DNA of 63,128 nucleotides, counting the filler, from Octopus bimaculoides (Eukaryota): the NCBI RefSeq assembly GCF_001194135.2. It is 3 parts of 3 records of this genome, joined end to end, with 100 filler letters (N's around TTAATTAATTAA, not from the genome) between each part and the next. Parts side by side here need not be neighbours in the genome. Positions count along the whole stretch, not along the records: positions 35,456 to 63,128 come from NC_068988.1; 2 more parts are not named here. One strand, 5' to 3'. Every line of letters starts with the position of its first letter. Position 1 is the first letter of the stretch. The notes beneath the pieces were generated by a model. It did not search any database. It had not been told where the DNA came from and saw only the letters and a program-made list of their open reading frames with translations. Shown here piece after piece: positions 53,703 through 63,128 of the stretch. A program made the translations under genes and the position numbers.

Positions 53703-53794
53703 CCCATTTTCTGTCACTATATGTCATTTTTATAATTACTGATATGACATAATATGTCACATACGTTTGTATATTGTTATTATTGTATATTGTT

Positions 53795-54217
53795 ACTATT
53801 GACCATCTTTAGTTTCAAGATGAAAGATATTCTTCCATCAGGATAATGCTTGGCCACATACAGCGAGGTTGACATTCCAAAGGCTGAAGCAGTTTGAATA
53901 GGGAATGATGCCCCACCCATCATATTCGCTGGACATTGCCCCATCTGATTATCATTTATTCTGCAGTCTTCAAAATCATTTGAACGGAAAAAATATGAAT
54001 TCTGTAGATAAGGTCAGAACAATACTGGAGGAGTATTTTTCATCACGGACAAGTGGATTTTGGAAGAGAGGTCTTGCAAGTCTACCAGATAGATAGAAAA
54101 GCATTGTAGAAAATGAAGGAGAGTATATTTTAGATTAAAAAAGAACTTTGTTTATCTTAATTTTGAAAAATGAAAAAAATAGAAAAAAAACTACATTATT
54201 TATGGGATGACCCAATA
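53795..54217 (+). pseudogene. mariner DD34D 3' fragment with right TIR
   Basis: HQDNAWPH...PHPSYSLDIAPSDYHLF with 34 residues between the two Asp; ends TTTATGGGATGACCCAATA. Confidence 0.85.
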
Positions 54218-54326
54218 TATTAATGCAAACATGTAAGTAATTTATTACTTATTATAAAATATAATAAAATAAATTATCTATATATGTTAATTAAGCTGCA
54301 AAACAATTGTCATTAGATATGACTAT

Positions 54327-55475
54327 CCAATGGAGCTCCTATATGCTGATGACCTTGTTCTTATAGCTGAATCACTACCAGAACTAGAGAAGAAATTTCA
54401 GGTGTGGAAGCAAAGTCTAGAATCAAAGGGCCTGAGATTTAATTTAGCAAAAAACTAAAGTCTTAGTAAGTAGGAAAGTGGACAAATCATAAATCCCTTC
54501 AGATAGATGGCCCTGCTCGATATGTAGAAATGGTGTATATAGAAACTCCATAAGATGTACCTGGTGCAAGCTATGGACACATAAGAGGTGCAGAAATAAC
54601 AAAGGAAGGTTAACAGGGAAAATAGTCTTTGTGTAAGGCAGATGTGCAGGTACAATAAGCATTAGCAATGTACAGAAAATAGACTCTATCAAATGCCAGT
54701 GGGGAATACCTAGAAGTAGTTGATAGCTTCCATTATCTAGGTTACCAAGTTAGTAGCGGAAGTGGATGCTCTGAGAGCGTATCTGCAAGAATAAGAATAG
54801 GCTGGGCAAAGTTCAGAGAGCTTCTAACTTTGTTGGTAACAAGGGGCCTCTCCAACAGAGTGAAAGACAGCTTGTATGATGTCTGTGTGTGAACAGCCAT
54901 GCTACACAACAGTGAAACATGGGCTCTGACTTCAGAGGACATGTGAAAACTTGAAAGAAATGAAGCTAGTATAATCTGCTGGATGTGCAATGTCAGTGTG
55001 CATGTATAATAGAATATAAGTGTCTTGAGAGAAAAATTGGGCATAAGAGGCATCAGATGTGGTGTGCAAGAGAGATGACTGCACTGGTATGGTCATGTGA
55101 TGCATATGAACGAGGACAGCTGCGTAAAGAAGTGCCGATCTCTAACAGTGGAGAGAACCTGTGAAATAGGATGAGGTGGTGAAGCATGATCTTCAAAAGC
55201 TGGATATCACAGAAGTGATGACAAACAATCGAGACCTTTGGTCCAAAAAAGGGTTCATTTGTGAGACCTGATTGCAAAGAAGAGCACACATTCACTCTCT
55301 GTGCTCAGTTAGACTTGGAAAGTTTGTGAGGAACCCATTGACCCAATTTGCTGACTTTTTGGTTGGTGACAAGAACAACCAGTTGTAGAAATTTTACCTC
55401 AACAAATTCTGTCTGACCCATGGAGGCATGGAAAAGTGAATGTTAAATGATGATTTTGTTGTGTCTAGGGATGAT
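54327..55475 (+). pseudogene. RTE-clade LINE, 5'-truncated, with family-D-type tail
   Basis: ELLYADDLVLIAES, WPCSICRNGV..C..C..W.HKRC insert, RIRIGWAKFREL, WYGHVMHMNEDSCVKKCR; tail ..CATGGAAAAGTGAATGTTAAATGATGA. Confidence 0.9.
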
Positions 55476-55499
55476 TATTATGATGATAATATATATGGC

Positions 55500-56246
55500 A
55501 AGCTTCTTACAGTTTCCATCTACCTAATTCATTCACAAGGCTTTGGTTGACTTGGAGCTATAGTTAATACTTGCCCAAGATACCAACCACACAGTAGAAC
55601 TGAACCTGAAACATGTATGTGATTCAGAGCCAAACTTCTTTACTACCCAGTCAGAGAAAAACAGCAAATTTCCATATTGTAGCAATTTTAGCAATAGAAA
55701 TAACTGAAATAGTTTATGGTATAGTACACAATAACGAAGAACTACATTGGACAGTGTAGTCCCTGATATATAAAATAAGCATGATGGTCAAAACCAGAAC
55801 ACCATTGATCGTGGGTCTATCAGGGTTGAACTGGATCCTAAAAAATTACAAAAACAATTGATTCAACAGAATATTTGACTAAATTCCATTTCTTTCCATG
55901 TTTTGCCATTGCAGAAGAAAGCCAAAGAAAACATGGGAGGAGTATTGAGGTAATATCTCAGAACAAGAGAGGAAAAAAAAAGAGAGAGCTAATCTCTCCT
56001 TTCATATGAACATACTCCATTCTAAACTATCCAGATATGGTGTTAGTTTGACAACCCAAACATCTCAACAGCCAACATGTTAACAGATTTTCCAGAATTC
56101 TTCTTTTTTTTTTGTTTTATAACCAAGCATACTGAGATGAAATCTACATTTACATAATTACATTCTTATATCTGAGTGTGAGTAAATGTGTGTGTACGTA
56201 TTAATACATGCTTATACATATATACTTATGTGTGTGTGTATGTATG

Positions 56247-56303
<57 letters not shown>

Positions 56304-56824
56304 NNNNNNNNNNNNNNNNNNNNNNNNNNNNNNNNNNNNNNNNNNNNNNNNNNNNNNNNNNNNNNNNNNNNNNNNNNNNNNNNNNNNNNNNNNNNNNNNN
56401 NNNNNNNNNNNNNNNNNNNNNNNNNNNNNNNNNNNNNNNNNNNNNNNNNNNNNNNNNNNNNNNNNNNNNNNNNNNNNNNNNNNNNNNNNNNNNNNNNNNN
56501 NNNNNNNNNNNNNNNNNNNNNNNNNNNNNNNNNNNNNNNNNNNNNNNNNNNNNNNNNNNNNNNNNNNNNNNNNNNNNNNNNNNNNNNNNNNNNNNNNNNN
56601 NNNNNNNNNNNNNNNNNNNNNNNNNNNNNNNNNNNNNNNNNNNNNNNNNNNNNNNNNNNNNNNNNNNNNNNNNNNNNNNNNNNNNNNNNNNNNNNNNNNN
56701 NNNNNNNNNNNNNNNNNNNNNNNNNNNNNNNNNNNNNNNNNNNNNNNNNNNNNNNNNNNNNNNNNNNNNNNNNNNNNNNNNNNNNNNNNNNNNNNNNNNN
56801 NNNNNNNNNNNNNNNNNNNNNNNN

Positions 56825-56887
<63 letters not shown>

Positions 56888-57590
56888 CGGACTGCCAAAT
56901 TCTGTCTACCAAACCCACTCATAAGCCATTGGTTGGCCCAACACTATCATAGAAGACTTGCCCAAGGTGCCATTCAGTAGAATTGAACTCAAACCCACAT
57001 GGCTGCAAAGTAAGCTTCTTAAGTACACTGTTAGTTTGGGTCTGAAGTTCACTTCCTAAGCACATAGTTTTAGGCTTAGTCTCACCGTGCAGCATCTTGG
57101 GCAAGTGTTTACTGTAGGCCTGGGTCAGTCCAAAGCCTTGTTAGTAGATTTCTTAGATGTAAACCAAAAATTGAGTGTCTGCATCAGATAACATTCCTCC
57201 AATTCATGCAAGCATGGAAAATAGAGCATTAAACAAATGAACAAGCAAATGGTATGTGCATACATAAATATAAAACATATACACCCTCTATTAAAACCTC
57301 ACCGTGTATTCTCATATATCTCTATTGCATATAATATACAAGTTATTAAAAGCTCATCACAGAACAAAATATTTCCATAATCCATGTACTAGGCAAGATA
57401 TTCCCTATGGTTTGTTTGTAAATAGTCACTACTCAAAGATGTAGTCATGGTTGTGCAGTTAAGTTTACTTCCCAACCCTGTGGGTTCAGGTTCATTTCCA
57501 TGGTGCAACACCTGGGGCAAATGTCTTCTATGATAGCTGCAGACTGACCAAAACCTTGTGAGTAAATTTGGTACATGAAGCTGGAAGTTT
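55500..57590. mobile_element. Several CpG-decayed SINE family A heads (~55500-55650, 56886-57030, 57040-57170, 57440-57590)
   Basis: CTTGGGCAAG..CCAAAGCCTTG core in each. Confidence 0.7.
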
Positions 57591-57649
57591 ATATATGTGT
57601 GTGTGTGTTTGTGTCTGTGTATTTATATATGGTTAGTTAGCATTACTCT

Positions 57650-57858
57650 GTAAGGAGCATAGGGCTGGTTTCGTAATTTCCTTGGGCAGGATGCCAGTCC
57701 GTTACAAGATTACTCATTTCTACCAGTTGAGTGGACTGGAGCAACATGAAATTAAGTGTTTTGCTCAAGTAGTCAGTGCATCGCCTAGTCCAGGAGTCAA
57801 AGTCATGGTCTTACGGTCATGAGTCTAACACCCTAACCATTATGCCATGCACCTCCAC
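57650..57858 (-). mobile_element. SINE family C copy
   Basis: GGCATAATGGTTAGGGTGTTAGACTC..TTGAGCAAAACACTT..GTTGCTCCAGTCCACTCAACTGG. Confidence 0.75.
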
Positions 57859-58024
57859 ATATATATATATATTTCAGAGTGTGTGTGTCTATACATACCC
57901 TTGACTCGACATCTTGTGATGGTTATAAAGAAGCATCACTCCCATCATACAGGCAGTGTTGTTTGTTTCCAGTCTTCTATGAAAAACATGTTTGGGCATG
58001 AGGAAATATTATCTTAATTGGAGA

Positions 58025-58143
58025 AAGGTGAGGGTTGACAACAGGAAGGACATCCAGCTGTAGAAAATCTACCTCAGCAAATTCTGTGTGACTCAAGAAA
58101 GCATGGAAAACTGTATGTTAAAAGGCTGATGAGGATGATGATA
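58025..58143 (+). mobile_element. Family D / RTE 3' tail
   Basis: GGAAGGACATCCAGCTGTAGAAA..GCATGGAAAACTGTATGTTAAA..GATGATG. Confidence 0.75.
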
Positions 58144-58294
58144 TGTATGTAGATATATATATATATGTATATATATATATGCGCATGAGTATGTGTGTGT
58201 GTGTGCGTGTGTACACAATTCAAGACTCACTTCTTAGTTATACTAATTAATATGCTTATAAGCACACAAATGTACAGTTAATGAATGCACTGTT

Positions 58295-59200
58295 TAGTTA
58301 AATTGGTTTTCCATTTCACGATCAACTGAGCTTCTTTCTGCTGCAACACAGGCTTGTAACCATATTGAAACATTTTGACATGCTTTATGACACATGTCTA
58401 CCAGGATTGTTTCACATTCTTGGATAATAACTTGTTTAAAATGTTCAAGACTGTTAATCTTCTGACAATAGACATGGTCTTTTCGATAACCCCACACAAA
58501 AAAGTCTGATGGTGTTAAATCAGGTGAGTGAGTTGGCCACTCCACAGGCCCTCACTTCCCAATCCAACAATCAGGGAAAATTTCATTCAGACAGTCATGG
58601 ACAGCCAGTGAATAATGTGGGGAAGCACCATTCTGCTGCCACCATAATTCTTCAAAGTCTTCTTATTCCTTTAACTTAGGGAGAACTTTGTTTTGTAAAA
58701 GTTTCAGATACATGACCCCACTTATGCCACCTTCAATAAAGAATGGTCCCACGAGTCTGTTGTAACTCACACCTGCCCACACCATTATACCAGGACTCTT
58801 GTGGTCATACTCAATCTTGATTTGAGAATTTTCTTGTCTCCAGTACACACAGTTATGCCAAAATACACTCCCTGAAATATAAAATTTTGACTCATCAGTC
58901 CAGACATGTTCTTCCAATGTTAGGTCATTGATTAACTTGTCTGGTCATTCTTCTGCAAACTGCAAGCAATGATCTGGATCATCTTCCATTAATCCATGAA
59001 TCAAACAAGAGATATAAGGATACAGTTTCATATCATGGAGCAAGTATCTTAAAGAAGTCCTTGAAATGTTCAGAAGATTTGATAAATGTCTTGATGACTT
59101 GGATTTTTGTGGAGAATAGTCTAACTCAGTTCTCAAGCATTCTTCATTTTCATTTATTTGAACAGATCTTAGTTGAGTTATTTTTTATTAAACATAACTA
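58295..59200 (-). pseudogene. rosa/Visitor (DD41D) Tc1/mariner transposase remnant
   Basis: WTDESKF..HNCVYW, VWAG..GPFF, WWQQNGASPH...WPTHSPDLTPSDFF with 41 residues between the second (D to N) and third catalytic positions; in-frame stop. Confidence 0.85.
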
Positions 59201-59258
59201 GTCCAGGAACTTTTTGATATTACCTCATATATGTGTGTGTGTGTGTATACATACCTAC

Positions 59259-59296
<38 letters not shown>

Positions 59297-59814
59297 ATAT
59301 AATAGTATAAAATTCAATTATAATTAAGGGCACAGAGATTTCTATGCCTATATGCTGAAGATAGATGTTGTTAAGTCTGTCTAACCACTTCAAAATATCA
59401 CTTTATAATTTACATGTGTTGAAAGCGAGGAAGTGGGCATACAGAAATTCATAAATAATTCAGATAGTTTAGGATTGCTCAATTTCTGGTCTAGTTAAAT
59501 TAATAACTTTCCTTTATCAGCTAAACATACTGAGTGAAGTAAATGAAATGTTTATACATACCCACAGAAAAGAAAAAATGCCAAGCTGCATGCAACTACA
59601 CATAAATACCACAAATTTGTACGCTTCAAATTCAGCAGCCCACCTCAACATGTGTGAATTTGGTCAGAATAGTACAAGAGTGACTAAACTTATCCCGGAG
59701 TGAATGGAATATATTCAAATATAATTAAGGATAAAATTTTAAATTTTATCAGTGGCCAGCATATAATAAAAAGACCTATTTAGGACATGTGGCACACTTA
59801 CTCTTTCATTAGGT

Positions 59815-59962
59815 GCGGGCATGGCTGAGTGGTAAGAGGTTTGCTTCCCAAACACATGGTTCCAGGTTCAGCCCCACTGAGCAAGTGTTTTCGGCTATAT
59901 CTTCAGGTTGATCAAAGTCTTGTGAGTGGATTTGGTAGACGGAAACTGAAAGAAGCCCATCA
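59815..59962 (+). mobile_element. SINE family A head
   Basis: GGCATGGCTGAGTGGTAAGAGG..CAGGTTCAGCCCCACTG..GATTTGGTAGACGGAAACTGAAAGAAGCCC. Confidence 0.85.
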
Positions 59963-60257
59963 TATGTATGTATGTATATATATATATATATNNNNNNNNN
60001 NNNNNNNNNNNNNNNNNNNNNNNNNNNNNNNNNNNNNNNNNNNNNNNNNNNNNNNNNNNNNNNNNNNNNNNNNNNNNNNNNNNNNNNNNNNNNNNNNNNN
60101 NNNNNNNNNNNNNNNNNNNNNNNNNNNNNNNNNNNNNNNNNNNNNNNNNNNAAACTTACTTGGAAATGGATGCATGGCGTTCAGTTAAATAATAATAATA
60201 TAAATAATATATATATATATTTCTGTAATATAATATGTGACAATTATTCGGTTGCCA

Positions 60258-60320
60258 TAATAAAACTCCGAGTTACAGATGTTGGAGTGGAAACCTGCTC
60301 TGGAATTTTGTCAGTTATTA
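60258..60320 (-). ncRNA. Degenerate hammerhead partner copy
   Basis: UAAUAA-CUGACAA...GUAA-CUCGGAG-UU-UUAUUA; core changes G8A and A13U. Confidence 0.55.
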
Positions 60321-60343
60321 AGAGAAACCTTTTTGGTTTGTCT

Positions 60344-60406
60344 TAATAGCTGATGAGATGCTGGAGCAGATTTCCACCCTGACATCCGAAACTCGGAGTT
60401 TTATTA
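60344..60406 (+). ncRNA. Near-canonical type I hammerhead ribozyme
   Basis: UAAUAG-CUGAUGA (60350-56)-GAUGCUGGAG/loop/CCCUGACAUC-C-GAAA (60388-91)-CUCGGAG-UU-UUAUUA; predicted cleavage after 60400 (GUU). Confidence 0.8.
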
Positions 60407-60521
60407 TAGCAACCAAATAATTGTCACATTATATTACAGATAAATTCCTGTTTAGACAATATCGAGGTCTCAATCATTCTTTTGTTGTTATACTATTACT
60501 ATTAATATATATATATATATG

Positions 60522-60561
<40 letters not shown>

Positions 60562-61379
60562 TGTATGTATGTATATAGATAGATAGATAGATATATCAAT
60601 AATATTAATACACTAACTTTTTGTTTTTGTATGTACCTGTTGTGTGTGTCACACTTACTTCAAAGGAGTGGCAAAGTGAGAGAAAGGAGGACAGAGAAGA
60701 AGTAAGAGTGAGAGAGTGAAAGAGACAGTGAGTTGTGCCAGTATTCATTTTGTGTTTTTAAATGTTTATCACATCACAAGAGAAGTAGATACATAGATAC
60801 AAATACAAATTGTTAAATCAAAAACAGGAGAGAAGAGGGATACAAAGGAAGTGAAAGAGAAAGTGAGAGAGACAGTAGATAATAAATCCAAAGAAAAGTT
60901 CATACATAGATACATACACACAGCAAATATTGGATGTCAGTTTCACTTTTCATTATCACATGAGGATAAAATTAACTTACAAATGGCATGCATAACATTA
61001 ACGTAGTTTTCAGGGAGATTTAGCCTCACACAGAATATGACAAGGCTTGCCCCTTTGAATTACAGCTACAACTCGAGACATATGTATATATGAATGTATT
61101 TGTGTGTGTGTATTGTTTAGGTTAGTTAGAACATGTTTGCAATATAAGTGTCGCATGGTCGAAATAAACACAATTACCAAACTTTCATAAATCCATTTAT
61201 TATTTCTTTATTTTTTTTACATTTCAATTTGTACATTAAAATTCTTTGAATATGTACGATGTATTTTGAGGTTAGATAGTAATTCCGTTTACGTTTGTAT
61301 AACTGAGATTTTTTTGGTTGGATTATATAGTCATTGGTGTTACATTACTTTCTATATCCTGTAACTGTCACAGTATACT

Positions 61380-61525
61380 TTTCTAGGCCTGAATTTTTTG
61401 TGGGGAGGGGACCAGTTGATTAGATCAACCCCAGTACACAACTGATACTTAATTTATCGACCCTGAAAGGATGCAAGGCAAGGTCGATCTCAGAAGAATT
61501 TGAACTCAGAATGTAAAGACAGACG
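61380..61525 (-). mobile_element. SINE family B copy (5'-truncated)
   Basis: TTTATCGACCCTGAAAGGATGCAAGGCAAGGTCGATCTC..TTGAACTCAGAATG. Confidence 0.8.
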
Positions 61526-61663
61526 GTCATAATATACAAACATTTCTCATGGCACCAGTGCACTGTTTACAGATGCTTACATTTTTTATGATTTCCATGA
61601 ATTTTTCACTGGTCCAGCTAGTATATATTATTTATATTATATATATATAGATATGTTATATTA

Positions 61664-61730
<67 letters not shown>

Positions 61731-61976
61731 GCATACATATATATTATTTATATTATATATTGGAGCTTCCGGCACAAATGCCAAGCAGTACAGCATGTTG
61801 TTTCCAAATTTCTGACTGAGTGAATTGCGTCATAATGCTGTTTTTCTCAGAGATGGTGCCCAACTAACCCTACTATACTGTGTAGTTGACAAAATTAAAA
61901 GCAAACAATGCACATGTGTGAAGTTAGAAATATAAAATGGTGACAATTTACCCATCGCACCCTGTATATGCCAACA

Positions 61977-62049
61977 GGTTTATGATTTGATGATACGACG
62001 TAAAGCTAAGCACTTTCTGGATGTGAAACCCAGGGTAATCCTATAAACC
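61977..62049 (+). ncRNA. Degenerate type I hammerhead-like motif
   Basis: GGUUUAUGAU-UUGAUGA-...-GAAA-CCCAGGG-UA-AUCCUAUAAACC; long stem I, C3U, decayed stem II. Confidence 0.55.
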
Positions 62050-62089
62050 GGCCTTGAAGCTATTAGTGGCTTTTTCGGTTGTGTATTTA

Positions 62090-62120
<31 letters not shown>

Positions 62121-62124
<4 letters not shown>

Positions 62125-62725
62125 TCATCATTATTATCATTGTTTAACGTCTGCTTTCCATGCTGGCATGGGCTGGACGGTTTGACTGAGGACTGGCAAG
62201 CTGGGAGGCTGCACCAGGCTCCAATCTGATTTGGCAAGGTTTCTACAGCTGGATGCCCTTCCTAACTCCAACCACTCTGAGAGTGTAGTGGGTGCTTTTT
62301 ACATGCCACCAGCACAGGAGCCAGTCAAGTAGCACTGGCATCAACCATGCTCAAATGGTGCTTTTTACATGCCAGTCAGGCAGCACTAGCATTGGTCACG
62401 CTGAAATGGTGCTTTGTATGTGCCACCGGCACAGGAGCCAGACAGGCAGCACTGGCATCGACCATGCTTAAATAGTGAGTTTTATGCGCCACCGGTCAGG
62501 CGGTACTGGTATCGGTCATGTTTTTACATATGTTTGCTCCCCACCACCACTTGACAACTAGGGTCGGTATGTTTACATCCCTGCAACTCAGCAGTTCAGC
62601 AAAGATTGACAGAATAAATACCAGGTTTAAAAAATAAGTACTGGGAGCAATTCATTCAACAAAAATTCTTTAAGACAGTGCTCAAGCCTGACCGCAGTCT
62701 AATGCCTGGAGTGAGTAAAAGGAAA
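62121..62725. mobile_element. Family D repeat (minus, 62121-62520) followed by SINE A 3' half (plus, 62535-62725)
   Basis: Same motifs as the 36631/38095 copies and the 16700-16880 half. Confidence 0.8.
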
Positions 62726-63128
62726 TTTATTGTATTAGTACAGTGGCACAGACATACATAATACAGCAACTAAAAGAATTTTTCTGAAAAACAAAAAGCA
62801 AAACAATTAGGTGAAGGAAATTGGCATAGCCACAAGATTTCCAAACGTTGTTATGTATGGAAGATGAAAGATAGGAAATAATTTATAATGGCGAGGCAGA
62901 TGGTGAGGACAAACAGAGATATGAAATGTTAAGTAGAAACAAAATGGCTGTATGTAATGACGCATAGGAAGTGCATGTAGTGGCTGTTGGAGAAAATTAT
63001 ATGGAAACTTTCAAACTCAATCTGTTGAACCAGGAAATGAAAAATAAAAGGAATCATAGTTAACAGGAGTTAGCTATTATGTGTTCGAACAGGGTCTGTT
63101 TCATTTATATATATATATATATATATAT

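Larger units (their letters stand above)
51780..53786. repeat. Divergent inverted repeat (~235-250-bp arms) of an HHR-bearing unit
   Basis: 51780-52012 is the reverse complement of 53536-53786; ~1.5-kb spacer with no ORF I could recognise. Confidence 0.9.
60222..60440. repeat. Foldback of two divergent HHR-bearing units
   Basis: 60222-60325 is the imperfect reverse complement of 60340-60440. Confidence 0.88.

Overview
Repeat-saturated, AT-rich eukaryotic DNA, about 11% N gaps (~6.8 kb). The tRNA-like SINE families, RTE/CR1/R4 LINE debris and extreme microsatellite load suggest an Octopus assembly (inference, not verified). No intact protein-coding gene is recognisable; nearly all ORFs in the supplied track are microsatellite or gap artefacts or decayed transposon frames. 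Recognisable content: three tRNA-like SINE families (called A, B and C here), an RTE-tail repeat (D), and decayed Penelope-like, R4/Dong, RTE and CR1-like retroelements. DNA elements are mariner DD34D and rosa/Visitor DD41D remnants, a Buster/Charlie hAT remnant, two non-autonomous Helitrons and two long-TIR foldback elements. The most interesting signal is seven type I hammerhead-ribozyme (HHR)-like motifs plus two half-motifs, from about six unrelated sequence families. They include a near-canonical HHR at 60344-60406 and an HHR family with a 59-78 nt insert in stem II. Two families occur as divergent inverted pairs, as expected for Penelope pseudo-LTR or retrozyme-type elements. Also notable: a seven-copy head-to-tail SINE train, a transposed mariner made of two right ends, and an apparent switch to CpG depletion after ~37 kb. 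All structures and translations were read by eye; no searches or folding were run.
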